A DNA stretch of 63,577 nucleotides, counting the filler, from Neolecta irregularis DAH-3 (lineage: Eukaryota): assembly GCA_001929475.1 (NCBI GenBank). It is 8 parts of 8 records of this genome, joined end to end, with 100 filler letters (N's around TTAATTAATTAA, not from the genome) between each part and the next. Parts side by side here need not be neighbours in the genome. Positions count along the whole stretch, not along the records: positions 1 to 10,991 come from LXFE01002681.1; positions 11,092 to 21,982 come from LXFE01000223.1; 6 more parts are not named here. One strand, 5' to 3'. The position numbers and the translations under genes were made by a program. Below the pieces are notes generated by a model. The model had not been told where the DNA came from and made no database searches. It was given only the letters and a program-made list of their open reading frames with translations. Below, piece after piece: positions 1-12,719 of the stretch. Every line of letters starts with the position of its first letter. Position 1 is the stretch's first letter.

Positions 1-30
1 ACCCTTTTTTATTGGTACTAACGAAATCAG

Positions 31-748
31 GAGCGACTCTTCTCCTTCTTCTCACGATTCTGGGCGGGACTCGTTACCATCGTCCCCTTAATGAGATATA
101 TTTGGTCAAAGCCGATACCAGCAATATCCCCGGTGCTCCCTCCAGTGAAACTGCATTTTCGCATTTTACACTATGGAATATATGCGGCGAATCTTCCAAT
201 AACGCGCACAATATTCACTGCACCCCTAATAAGGCTGCATTTCCTTTTCGTGCTAGTAACCTCTTTGGCGCCCGGAATGTCGATTCAGCGCCGGAATGGT
301 TGGTCGATCATCCTCATCGATATTATTATTTATCAAGATTTACCTTCGCATTCTATATCATTGGAGTCTCGTTTACCGGCTTTGCCTTGATAACGAGTCT
401 TCTTGCGTTATGCTCTCGACTGGGTGCTGGAATAGCCAGTTTTTTCACTGCGGTAAATATATCTCTACTGAATCAATATTAAAAAAGTAGTTGGGTCTCG
501 TTTTTGATCTCGCGGCAGCTGTTCTCATGACTGCGTATACTGTTGTCGTTCGAAACCACTTCAATAACGATAATCGCGCTTCACACCTCGGAGTCAAAGC
601 CTCCGCTTTTACCTGGACTTCCGTGGTTCTTATGTTTCTCGCCATGTTCATGCTTGGTGGAGTCTGTTGTGGTGCTGGAACAACAGAAAGGCATACCGGT
701 CGCCAATGGGGACGACGCAGGCTAAGCAATGGCGGAGTTATAGTATAA
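31..748 (+). CDS. SUR7/PalI-family tetraspan membrane protein (5' exon lies upstream of the window)
   Basis: Exons 31-452 and 491-748; intron GTAAAT..TAG. Motif FTLWNIC-x10-C in the first loop, YYYLSRFTFAFY, three further TM helices. Confidence 0.85.
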
Positions 749-1222
749 CCATTGTGATGTGATAATATCCCGATAGACAATTTTTTTTAAAATTCCGGGA
801 CTCTACCCGTCACCGCTATCCACCCCAAATCCCCAATTCATCTCTATACTTAAAATTGAAAATATGAATGATGAAGTCCACAAAATGCTGATTAAAAATT
901 TGGTACTGATAGCAAACATTATTGGCTGCTTCAGGAATTTTCCCTGCTCTTGCCTCTTCAAGCAAGGTCCCCAACAATGGTTGCTCCTGAGTTTTGTTCC
1001 CTTTTGATAGAGTCATTTGGGTTGGTTGAATGGCGGCTGTACTAAAATTCGGCAAGGGCCAGCTTGGACCAAATAGTGGAATTCTTAAAGAAATTTCAAA
1101 TTTCAGGCTTTTTAATTTCAGGGTGCTGCAAAACTTGCCCTAACCAGAACCCCCACTCCCCAGCACTTGTTGGGAATCTTAAATAATTAAATAGTATCAT
1201 TTGAAACCCCTTGAAGTCAGAA

Positions 1223-1305
1223 GCCGTTGTAGTGTAGTGGTTATCATAAATCGTTGTGGTTGCCGCAGATCCGATTTGACCCCTGTTCGATTCAGGGCAA
1301 CGGCA
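1223..1305 (+). tRNA. tRNA-His(GUG) with 11-nt intron (1260-1270)
   Basis: Acceptor GCCGTTG/CAACGGC; D-loop AGTGGTTA; anticodon stem AATCG/CGATT with GTG at 1256-1258; T-arm CCCTG-TTCGATT-CAGGG; T-run downstream. Confidence 0.93.
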
Positions 1306-1653
1306 AAATTGGTTTCTTTTTCTTAGTGGGCTAGTCGTCGGGATTCGAAGCATCTTACGAGGCAGTATATTATATCTCCTCAACTTATCGCTAATTATAT
1401 CTCGCCTACAGCATTTTTATACTGACACCTACGATACCATTCCTACTGTGACTTGTGGATTCCTCTAAGAGCCCAAAAATCTGCGCGATTCATTTTATGA
1501 TCGATATTTTCACTTTCTGGCTATTCAAGACCAGCTAGGGCCATCCGAATGGGCCTACTGTAATGCCCGAAGGTCATTCATTGATAACGAAATATAGATG
1601 CTATAACCAGATATAAACAAACGGACTTTTACGGATCTAAACTTACAAATGAT

Positions 1654-3346
1654 TTATTCCTTATTCGCAATCTCAACTTCCCCTCGTACAACTTCAGTCC
1701 CGCCGATTTCTCTCGCAGTAACCACGGCCTTTCCTTCTGCCGTGCACTGAACACAAACTTCAACTTCCGTTTTACTCGTCTTTAGAATCATATCTGCAAT
1801 CTTTCTATCCGGTATATGAACTCTAATTCGTTTTTCTTCTTGTTCTTCGTCGGATTCCACATTTTCAGGGAGTTCTTTTGAAATAACTAGCTCCTTTCGT
1901 GCTTCCCAGATGGATATATATGACACGCCAGATGGATTCGCAGCAAGGACCAGCTTTCCTCGATAGGGAATCGCCGAGAATTCTGGAACGATTGTTTCAA
2001 AGTTTCCGTCTATATTTAATCCAATTGCGGAAGAAACGTGAGGAACATTTGTGATAGTAGCTTGAGTAGCCTCTTCGACTTCCTCTTGATCGAAATCCTC
2101 TATCAATGACCCTTGAATGGCACATCCAAGTGCAATTGCTTCGCTGGTATTTTCGGGGATTATAACATTTGAGAATTTACTGGACATTAGGGATTGTAGA
2201 GCTGTAACCGAAGAACTTCCACCAATCATCAAGACCTAGATTAAGCATTCTTTTCAACATGAAGGAAGATACGTGATTGATGTCAACATCTAGTAGCTCG
2301 CATTTCGTTAATACTGTTTCTACCAGCTTCTCAACTTCATTTATCACAGACCGTCCAATCATGTCAAATCGAATTCGATTAACGCTACTATGAAAATCGA
2401 TACCCTGGTATACACTCTCTACGGATGTCGTGGCCGAACTCTTCGCGCTAAGAGCTTTCTTGGTTTCTTCACTCGCAAGCCGTAGTTTAGTCATTGCACG
2501 AGAGTCAACTGTAAGGTTGATTCCGCCATTTTTCTTCGAGAACTCAGCAGCAAAGAAATGAGCGAGAGCTTCATCGAGTTGATTCCCACCAAGCCCAAGG
2601 GCATGAGAAGTCCCGAGAATCGTAAACAGCCCGCCTTGTTTCGAAATAACAGCAACGTCGGTACGATATCCACCGACGTCCAGAATAAGGTATCTTCCAT
2701 CTAGAGAACTCGAACTTAGCATTGCGGCGGCCGGTTCACTCAATAGCTGAAGTATATTCAATCCAGCATCTTGGGCTGCTTCAATGAGGATATTTCTTTG
2801 ACGGTGCGAAAAGTCGGTCGGATAAGAAAGAATGACTCCGCTTACTTCTCTGCCAAGATAGTCTTCGCTGGATTCTTTTAATCTTCGGAAATGGCGTTTG
2901 AGAAGTTCAGGTATTAATATTTTTTCGCCATTCGTTAGGGTGTAGACTGGGCCTTCTGAAGATTGAGAAGGTTGGGCAGAATAAGGATTTAATGCGAGAT
3001 CAATAGCGGAGAAACTAAGTAGATTAATATCATCCGAACAGAATCCAAAATTATCTGACGAAATTTTGCTTTCCTACCTTTTACCAATCACCTCGCGAAA
3101 TCCGCAAATCACATTGTCCTTGTTCCGAACAAGCTGTTGTTTTGCCTGATTCCCATGATATTCCTCGCCTTCCAGATACCCGAGAATACTGGGGATCTGG
3201 CGATCACCGTCCTGATTTGCGAGCACTTCGGTTTTCCCTTCCTATATAGCTCAGAACTATTTTGAAAAGAAAGATACAGGATTTGTGTATGCAATACAAG
3301 ATGACGAATTCCCGAACGAAATGCCAATAACGGTAGAAGACGACAT
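1654..3346 (-). CDS. SSZ1: Ribosome-associated atypical Hsp70 (Ssz1), 4 exons
   Basis: N-terminal VIGISFGNSSSCIA, VLANQDGDRQIPS, LSEPAAA, DVGGYRTD, IDFHSSVNRIRF; truncated substrate-binding domain; three GT-AG introns restore the frame. Confidence 0.92.
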
Positions 3347-3552
3347 CTTTGAAGTTGCGCTGAAAGAAAATTTTTGGAGTCTCTTTGGGTTTACTCGGTC
3401 GCGAACTGGTATCCGGGGTACACCGGCTATGTTCTGTTCTACAACGATCAAATATGTGTTAAAAATGATATTTGTGAAATATAGAAAAATAAATCCGTAT
3501 GTAATGAAAATTATAAATTGTGACAGAGAAAGTTTACGTCAAGAAAAAGCAA

Positions 3553-3625
3553 TTGCGACAACTGGTTTCGATCCAGCGACCTTCGGGTTATGAGCCCGAC
3601 GACTTAACCACTTGTCCATGTCGCA
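3553..3625 (-). tRNA. Initiator tRNA-Met(CAU)
   Basis: TGCGACA/TGTCGCA acceptor; TCGGG-CTCATAA-CCCGA anticodon arm with three G:C pairs; T-loop ATCGAAA (A54/A60), diagnostic of eukaryotic initiators. Confidence 0.9.
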
Positions 3626-3906
3626 GAATGAATGGTTAAGGAAAGATTTAGTCCTACATTAATTGTTTCCCACCTTGTCCTTGCAACTGTCAAATAAGCT
3701 CTAATAATGCACAAAGGCCGTCATTTATTCAAATACATCCAACCGCCTCATAAAATTTTCGTTCAACTCAGTATATCTTTGTTACAAGTTTAGCTGATTA
3801 CAAGTTGAAGCATTTGAACCTAGTTGTTTCCTCAGTTCCCCGGAGTACTTGGCAATAAAAGTTTATGAAAGCTTCGGCAAACGTCTTTGGTCTTATCACC
3901 CTTTAC

Positions 3907-5974
3907 CTAAATAACATCAACATTAATAATATCGACTGGGTCCTCTGGCCGGTCCAGTTTGTCCGTTTTCAATCTCTCGATCCTGGAGATAACATCCAAT
4001 CCACCAGTCGCTCTTCCAAAGATTGTATGCTTCCCATCCAACCAATTCTATCGAATCAGTTCTAATCTTACTAGAAAACGAAATACCGTCTCTGCTGTAG
4101 TAATGAAGAATTGACTTCCATTTGTGCTTGGACCTGCATTGGCCATAGAGACTGTGAATGGGCGATCATGTTTCAGATCAGAGAATTCATCTTTAAACCC
4201 TCTTCCCCATATCGATTCTCCCCCTGTTCCATCACCCAGTGGGTCACCGCCCTATTCGATCAACATTTATAACAGAGTGTAGGGTACCTGAATCATAAAT
4301 TTCCGAATTACACGATGAAAAATCGTTCGATCGTAATATCCCCGCCTTGCAAGAGTAACAAAATTTTCGACGGCTAGAGGTGCTTTATCAGGATACAATC
4401 GAATTTTGATATCTCCAAAAGTTGTATGAATTATTGCCTCGGTGCCCATCTCCTTTTGAATTTCTTTCTTATTCTCGATATTTAAAATGGTTGGTTTTTC
4501 GTTAAACACATCTCGATCAGAAAGCTTGATATCACTATTTTTCAGATCTCATTTATAAGAGAGATATACTGTTTCGTAAACAAATAGAAACGATTCTTTT
4601 TCCAACCTGTAGCGAAAATGACGGGATCTCGATCTGCCTCAGCTTCAAGAAGAGGATTGTCACTAGCGGCCATTTGCATAGAGACATTTTTCTTGCCTGT
4701 TGGGGCACCTTGGTAAACTGCGATTCGATCGAATCGTATGGAGTCGTCTTTTCCCAAAAGTAGGCGGCATCGATCGGTAAACGTATTGATGACTATTTAT
4801 TACCAAGATCAGAAGACGATCGAATACCTTTGATTCCATATAATGTAGAATAAATGAGGAAATACCCCGATTCATCAAAATAAATGTCACCAGTACATCC
4901 CGATTTCTGCATCTCTCGTTCAACAGCCAGTCGTTTTCCAAATTCAATGTCGTCTAGATGGTAAATTTTGGCCCCATCCGAATGCAAAGTTTCCAGCTGC
5001 GAAAGAGATTCCAGATAGGTCTTTTTGATTTTACCAGTTGAAAAGTCCCATATTTGTAGAACCCGATCAGGAAGGGAGAATGTAGCGAATATGTCATTCT
5101 TGGGAGATATTCGAAGAACTGTAGGTATTGACTTTGACTTTCTGAATTGATATAGATCGGTCGAGGATTTTAGATCCCATAGTCCCTGGGGCTTTGGGCC
5201 TTCGGGAGTCCAGTATTCGATCATCCCGTCGATGTCGACTGATATCGTTGTATTGTATTTAGGATTGTATGACATTAAGTGAACTGGCTTTCGATGAATA
5301 CTGACTGTACTAATAACATGACCACCCGCCATTGCATCGTAGATGTTGATATTACAATCTTGCTCTGACGATCTAAGGTATCAACAATCAGTCTTCCGGG
5401 GTCCGTACACTGCGATTAACTTGCCTTGGGTGTCCTGATTATACACCCAACATGCAGCTTTTGGACGCAAGCCCAATTCGAAAAGGTTGATCATGTCAAT
5501 TCGTATTAGCTAGATTTTCCTTGGAGAGGTACCAAAATTCACTACATCAAATATCCGGACTCCGCCTTCTTCGCCGATACAGACGACAAATACCCCATCA
5601 TAACTAACCTTGACGTCTCGAAAGGGGCCCATGAAAACTCGAAAAACTTTGACGAAATCAATCCCCGTGGCTGTCTTTTTCCAGAATTTAAGACGTCCAT
5701 CAATTGAACACGTAATTATGAAATCTGTAGGAGTAGCAATTATATGCGAGAGGTTCTCTTTATGCATAAATGATGTTGTATAGCGGGGCGTCGAGGGGAG
5801 ATTGCCCAGATATGTCGATTCTCCGGCAAGATGTTTTCGTTTTCTCGATGGAAGAGGCAAATTTGGGCCGACATCATCTTCCGATGAACTGCTCCCATGT
5901 TCTGCTTATTGTAAGAATTACTAGCGATAAAGGAGGTTTCTACCGGCCGGTCGTTTCTTTGGCGACGCAGGCAT
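3907..5974 (-). CDS. cyp15: WD40-repeat cyclophilin (Cyp15/PPWD1)
   Basis: [27 protein letters not shown], then a cyclophilin domain ([26 protein letters not shown]). Multi-exon; one junction (5497-5532) appears to be GT-TG. Confidence 0.93.
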
Positions 5975-6057
5975 TCAGAATGGAGTAGGAAACACGCAGG
6001 AACTTTGGCACCGGCCGTAAATCCGCCATCTTTTCATTGTATACATAAATTGAACTT

Positions 6058-6286
6058 TCAAGTTCAAATATGCATGGATTTATCTATTCATACTACAAAC
6101 TATGTCTTGGTAATTTCTTTGTAGTATGTGATAAATTGGACAGGGTTGGAAATACTTTTACGCTGANNNNNNNNNNATCAAGTTCGAATATGCATGGATT
6201 TATCTATTCATACTACAAATTATGTCTTGGTAATTTCTTTGTAGTATGTGATAAATTGGACAGGGTTGGAAATACTTTTACGCTGA
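6058..6286. repeat. ~109-bp near-perfect duplication either side of a 10-N gap (unmerged contig overlap)
   Basis: 6058-6166 repeats at 6178-6286 across the Ns. Confidence 0.85.
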
Positions 6287-6289
6287 TCT

Positions 6290-7782
6290 ATGATAGCCCG
6301 TCTACGACCAAAAGTTCTCCAGTTTCTGGGTGTTCGACGCTTAACAGATGCGGCTGCTCCGGAACAGCCCATGAACGCCCCGCTGTTTCGTCTTTTAACG
6401 GATATTGAGCAATCTTTGGAGTCTTCACCTTCGACGCTACTCGACGAGGACGGCCAAGAATATCCCAGCGAAAAGCTCCATCAAAACACGATCCTTGGAA
6501 GAAAGTATATTGGAGAAATTGTGATGACAGAGAACACTACGAGACAAATTCAGGAGATTACTCAAGGTTACTCTCAGGGTTTTATGAAATTTATAGATTT
6601 AGAAATGCATCGGCCAACGCTACGTATGTTGACGGTTAAACATAAAGAGAAACTCGCGCTTGCGCAAAATAAACCGACAATGTACCCCTCCAGTCAAGAT
6701 TTTACAGATCTGGAAGCATCTGCTTTTCTAACGTCGTTCACGCCTCAAATTTACGCTACGACAACAAACGTGCTTCAAGAAATCCGCGCCAGGCTTCCTG
6801 AATTTCGTCCTGTGAGCGTGCTGGACGTGAGTGTAGGAATGGGAATCTGTTCTTTTGTTGCGGATGAAATCTTTGATGGAATCGTGGATATCTCAATTCT
6901 CGAGTCGAATAAATTTTTGCTTTCCCAGGTGCATAAATTCCATACGTCTGTATCGTCGTCATCGCCGTCGTCCCCATCCATTGAAAAAACACAAACGTAC
7001 CGGCAACATAGTCAACTACCGCCGAATAAAACATTCGATTTAGTATTAGGAAACCACAGTATTCTTGACCAAGCGAAATATAATGTTTCAAAGCGAGAAA
7101 TATGGGTCCGGAAGTTGTGGGAAAAGGTATCTGACCAAGGGGGTCTTTTAGTATTACTTGAACCGGGCACAAACGACGGATTTGAAGCAATAGCTGCAGC
7201 CCGGGAACAAATTCTTGGATTCCTAAAGGACGATCAAGGAGCAGCTCATAAACAAGGACGAATAATCGCGCCGGTAAAAACTGGATAAAGAAAACACTGA
7301 CCAAGCAGTGTCCACACGAAGGTAAATGTGCGTTGTTTTCAGGGAAAAAGCGTATTCCATGTACATTCTCACAACGACTGCAACGACCACATTACCTGCA
7401 ATCTCTGTACGCTTCCAAGAGTAACACGGAAGACATCAAATATTCGTACCTTGTTCTGCAAAAGGGCAAGTCAAGACCGCCCGCTGATACCGAGTCGATA
7501 TTGAGCCAAGCGTACCACTGGCCCCGGATTCTATCTCCACCTTTGAAACGAAAGGGACATGTTACAATGGATATATGTTTGCCTTGTTCCGGGTACAAGC
7601 GAATCACCGTCCCTAAAAGTTTCGGAGCAATGGAATACCGAAATGCGCGAAAGGTTTCATGGGGCGATTTATGGGGATTAGGATGGAAAACTGAGGTAGA
7701 TAAAAATACAGGCGACGATGATAACACGATCGTGGACGATATCACGATGACTAAAAAGTCTAGATTCATTGATGATTATTAA
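6290..7782 (+). CDS. RSM22: Mitochondrial small-subunit methyltransferase-like protein Rsm22 (METTL17 family)
   Basis: Arg-rich presequence; GGLLVLLEPGT.DGFEAIAAAR, IIAP|CPHEGKC, CTFSQRLQRP, WPRILSPPLKRKGHVTMDIC, YRNARKVSWGDLW. Confidence 0.92.
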
Positions 7783-7881
7783 ATATTTTACGTTTGGGAA
7801 TTTCATGTTATTAGTTCGATTCAGATACATAATACAAACGTACACTCAAAAAGTGGTACAACACTAATAAAAGATAAAAAG

Positions 7882-10831
7882 TTACAAGTCTTTGTTGTTG
7901 GTGTCGTCTTTTTCATCGTCTTTTTCATCTTGGTTATTCGTCTCTGTTTCTCCGAGTTGGGTTTGAGCAGGGGGCGGGATGTTGTTTACCCGCGCCGTTT
8001 CAATGCGCGTGGAGTATACTGTTTTTAAAGAAATCTTGTCACCTTGTTCCTGCAAGATATTATCCAATTCTTCTTTTGAAATTTGATTTCCATCGAGATC
8101 GCGATAAACTATTTCTTCTCTGACTACTGCTCCCACTGGGAGTTTCGGTTTTATGTTATCCGGTTGTATGTTATGCGGTTGGATGATATCCGGTATGATA
8201 TCCGGTATGATATCCGACTTGTCAGGACTAGTATGAAGGGTAGGCGATTTCTCGTCTTCTTCAGGCCATGTTCGATTGTAGCCGTCGTACTCAAGTCAGA
8301 ATGTACGTGTGGGGAAATACAGTTTCTGGAAAATGTGTACATCCGAAATCCCAAGATTTTCTCCAAGAGACTTTTTCGCATTGTCCGCGGGTCCAAGGAC
8401 TCGCGTAGACCAATGGCGAGAATAAATGATAGACGATGATTGTAACGATTAAAAAGAGAACGGTCAATGGAGCTACGACCGCTCGACTCGTGATCAACCG
8501 AGTCGTTATAAAATCCCAAAGGTGACAAAAGACAAGAATTGAAAAGTATAGCGCGGGGAGATAATGATGCAGAAAAAGCTGGCGAGACATGAGGAAAAAG
8601 GGAAGATAATGTAATGCCCAGCCCAGGGTGAAAATACCCATATTCCAATCGTACTTTCTCCAAACGGCTATGCGTAAGTAATTGAGGGGAACCAAATTAA
8701 ACTTGCAGTTTGAAGAATCGTCGTATCCTCGTTGCCATCGCAACACAGCAAACAATTTCGCAGTAAAATAAAGGATGATTGAGAAAGTGGCGGTCCACCA
8801 AACAAGGGGATTTCCAAAGAGATAAACTCTTGTACGTGCTCTGTCCCAGAAATTGATACCGCGATATAAAAAGGGCCAGGCAGAGGGCCGTGACTCGTAG
8901 GGATGGGAAGAAGTTAATCCGGCGTTCATGGTCCACATGACCTTTTGCAATTCCCAAAACTTTCCCCAAAAGCCAGGGAGCGAGTAACTGACCAGTTCGT
9001 GGATATTTTCATCGACTAGATGGTGTTAGTATTAGGAGTAAGGGGAGAGGGACATTGTGGATGTTGATTGGTTTCAAAGTACCATAGACTATTTGGTAGT
9101 GTTCCCGATGTGGCGCAAACCACTTCCTGCTGTTCAAACCCCCAGTCTGGTAACTTGACTCTATGACTGAACAGCGCACAACCAGATAATTGATGGACGA
9201 GTCGGAATACAGTATCTATAGTGTGAACACGATCTGAAGAGGAATTTCGAGATTTTTGCTCTACTATTTCGATACGAAAGTTGTCGTTGGCGTCGCCTGG
9301 GAATCCTGGGAATCCATAGGCGCTGACTTCTTTCTGCCAGTCTGCTTCGGTGACGGGCGGGTGGTGGTCGTGTGAATGTAGACGTTTTTCAGTGACGGCA
9401 TGCTTTAAACGGATGAAGGCGCCGTTTGAGATGTATTGCAGATCGAGCGAGTTTGGGTCTAGATCGGTGTAATTGCCGATGATCCATTCATTGTTTTCGT
9501 CTTTATGCGGGTACAAGGTAATCTGTTGTTCTAGAATGAGAAGGGCAAGATATTGAAAGAGTACGTCCAGAGCCCGTTGGGTAATTGTGGGCATGGGAAT
9601 GGAGGTACCCACCCTGGGTATTCAGATGGCGAAGAGTGACTTTGGAGCCAATGGCGACATCTAGGGGTTGGTATTGAAAAGAAAAGACATGCGGGCAAAA
9701 GTGGGAGGCTGGGCTTTGTTTGCAAGCGTTTGCTGGAATTCCGACGACATGAAACCGTCGCCATCGCCGGGATTGGGGAGGAATTCAAAGTGAAGGTAGA
9801 AGATTGAGGCGTAAAAGATGACTGGAAGGAGAATCAGACAAAGAACTCTGGCGGCGAGGTGTCGTGAAAACAAGGTCTAGAGGTTATTTGAATAACGGGA
9901 AGCAGTACGATGGTGATATTGAGATCTGCGAGCAGGGTCCATAATTGGTGGATGGTGAGTAATCCGACCCATGCGATGACGAACAGGCCAACCCATTTGA
10001 CGCTTACTTTTAGTGTGGAGCGAGGGTGCAGGTACCTGCACGTGGCGCCAAGAGCAAGGCCGGTCAAGGTGAGCGACAGCCACCATTCGTAGGAGAAGGG
10101 ACTGTGGTTAGATTATTGGGGGGGGAGAGGTACGAGTGTTGGAACTCTTGGAATGTTGTCCAAAACAAGACTGTTAGGGCGGTGAATGCGATCAAGGGCG
10201 AGTCGAGGAGAATGAAGCGGCTCTGGGTGATGAAGCTGTTTTCTAGGATTAAAAGAAGAAGCGACGGGGAGTACCAAAAGTGACGATGGCGGCGCCGAGG
10301 AAGGCAGTTGTGGTTGCACAATTGGAGGCTTTGAGGATGAGGAAGGTGGTGGGGACGACGAGGATGCCGAAAGAGGCTAGCAGGAATCTCATCATGACAT
10401 AGGGGACACGTGGGGCGAGGTAGTCTCTGCGGGTGAGTAGGCGACGAGGAAGGGCCGTGCTTTCCGATATCCTTAAAGTCGAAGCCGCCGTCGTAGCCAA
10501 AGACCCAGGCGACGAGGGTGATGAGGAGTTTTGCGAGGGGGGGGTGTACGTCGACGAAGAAGGTGCCATTGATGTATTTTCTGGCAAAGCCGCCAAAGTG
10601 GACCTCGTCGAAGACGACGCTGGAGGGGATGCTGAGACGGAAGGTGCGGACAAAGAGGGCGATGAGGGTGAGGGAGAGCAGGAGACGGCGGTCTTTTGCC
10701 GAGAGGTTAGGGAAGGGGGAGAGCGATGGGGAGAGCGATGGGGAGAGCGATGGGGGAGGGGGTGTGGGTGAATGGGGTGAATGGGGCGAATGGGAGGGCA
10801 GCGAGTAGGAGGCCTTGAGACGGAGGGCCAT
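7882..10831 (-). CDS. PMT1: Dolichyl-phosphate-mannose:protein O-mannosyltransferase, PMT1 subfamily
   Basis: VVFDEVHFGGFARKYI..FVDVHPPLAK, SRFILLDS, MIR domains, RQLFLHHYLPALYF; about 10 short introns, up to three with GC donors; PDII/QPDNI repeats in the C-tail. Confidence 0.93.
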
Positions 10832-10912
10832 TGGAGGATCGCTGGGAAGCGCGGAACAAGAGGTTAGCAGAACGCTACAAACAGCAGCGGTGCCAAGAGG
10901 CGCACACTCCAC

Positions 10913-10991
10913 CATGGGCGACGACGCTAGCGCCCCCCGCCCGCAGCTGGAGCCGCTGGAGCCGCCGATGCAGCCGCTGCAGCAGCCACAG
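10913..10991 (+). CDS. Possible start of a divergent gene cut by the gap (MGDDASAPRPQLEPLEPPMQ...)
   Basis: ATG in an ACCATGG context, GC-rich, open up to the linker. Confidence 0.35.
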
Positions 10992-11091
10992 NNNNNNNNN
11001 NNNNNNNNNNNNNNNNNNNNNNNNNNNNNNNNNNNTTAATTAATTAANNNNNNNNNNNNNNNNNNNNNNNNNNNNNNNNNNNNNNNNNNNN
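10992..11091. other. Artificial 100-nt scaffold linker with TTAATTAATTAA core; same linker at 21983-22082, 35106-35205, 42379-42478, 54640-54739, 61122-61221, 62361-62460
   Basis: Identical N-run/six-frame-stop cassette occurs seven times. Confidence 0.97.
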
Positions 11092-11571
11092 AAATAGAAA
11101 CAAGGGGTGTTGAATACAAGACCAATTCGGAGAGCAAACACGGCCCACGGGGGTCCAGATTCAGGGTCATATGATCTCCCCTAAACCAGCTGTTTGATTT
11201 TCCTAAATACGATTTCTTTTAAGTTCTGGTTATTGCGATTGACATGTACGCCCTTCAAAGTTTTAACTTGTTGGCTCATTATAATTAGCAAGATATTACT
11301 TGATATTCGAAAGAGAATAATACACAATTTAGTTGATTATATAGTTTATCTAAGTAGACGATATTTGTCTGATGAACCCCGATTGAACAAAATAATTGCC
11401 TCTAGCGATATTTGCGTTGATCACAAACATAATCGTAGACCCCCTTTTTGAAAAGAAAAAGGGATGTTTTATCTCTGTAGTATGACAGAAAATGTAAATC
11501 ACTCGGAATGATGATTTCTCCGCTGTTGAGGCGTTGTAGGCTTGTTATTTAATGTGTTGAAAAGTCGGCGA

Positions 11572-12719
11572 TCAGCGCTGTTCTGCGATAACCGGCTCCA
11601 AAAACAATTCGTAAAACAGAGCCAAGAGGAGCTAAATAAGGTATGTAACACTATACCATGTGATTGAGTTAGCGTAGAGGACCATAGTATCATTAATGTA
11701 GTATAACCCCAGTTTCGATGGTATTCGTCATGGTGTAGTTCCATATCAACGGCATTGACGTGATGCTGTGAACTGGAATTGTCTGGTTGCTAAAGTTTCG
11801 GTGAGCATTGACAAAACTATTCACTGAAGGAGACGTCCAGTTGAAATGAATAACCCAACCAGCGATCCCAACGATTTGACTTACATTAGTGCTTCCTAGG
11901 AATGTAATACCTAGTAATCTTGACTGGGTCAACCAAAATCGTCTGCAAGCACTGAAACCCATCATCAGCTTGTGCGAAGCCTCGAGTATCTTGGCCAATG
12001 GTGAAAGCACCGCTGCAATCATCGATAATATCAAAGGGACCAGAAGCAGGTTTAGAAGAATTATCTGATTGGACGAGTGAAGTCGCTTCAAGTCCTCTTG
12101 ATCGTACTTCTTGAACGATTGTGTTGAAATATTGAGTGATGCTGATAATTTGGTAATGTCGAAAGGAAATTGAACACCAGACTTTTGAATCGTATTTCCC
12201 AAGAGAGGACCGACAACACTTGAGATCAGATTATTTGATGGGTTCGGAGACGAAGGCGGTGTGGCGCTTGGTTGAATAGTAGATGGGTTTGTTGTGGCCT
12301 AATTTTCTTCGTTTTCAACAGAACCTAGATTGGACAAATCTGTGGTTTGAGGCAAGATATTAATGACTTGGTTGTGAACGACGTCACTGACAATATCTGT
12401 TTCGGTTGAGTAATAGGCCGAATTGGCTCCAAAAACGTCGATAATAGACAATTCTCCATTCGAATTGTGCTGAGCCTGTGTTGGAGCAGGTGAGGACGTT
12501 TTCTTGAAATCAGTCAGTACAATTCACTCTTCCTCGATTGCTACCTCTTGTTGAGAAAGCTCCCGTTCCCGTCGCCATGCATCTATTAGCTTCAGTCGTA
12601 GTGACTATAACCGTAACGACGCAATTTCTTGAACAAACTATTGCTTGAGATTCTTCGTTTGCATCGATTGGTACTGAGACCGCCAGGGTCAACAATGTAG
12701 CGAAAGAAATGAGAAACAT
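11572..12719 (-). pseudogene. Decayed lineage-specific secreted/membrane protein gene (signal peptide, S/T/P-rich stalk, several TM segments)
   Basis: MFLISFATLLTLAVSVP signal; in-frame TAG at 12299-12301; apparent +1 frameshift near 11707-11710; second TAG at 11632-11634. Confidence 0.55.

Noticed and set aside
816..1200. 79-aa minus-strand ORF and a TGATGA..CTGA pair (possible C/D snoRNA)
   Set aside because: No recognisable homology, terminal stem or guide complementarity.
6058..6286. Tandem duplication and the repeated MHGFIYSYY ORF
   Set aside because: Straddles a 10-N gap; unmerged overlap.
6567..6602. Many stop-free 3n introns (RSM22, UTP12, NUP2, ADE1, PMT1)
   Set aside because: With ~36-nt introns about one in six is expected by chance; no excess evident.
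10992..11091. Recurrent TTAATTAATTAA palindrome
   Set aside because: Artificial six-frame-stop linker inside N runs.
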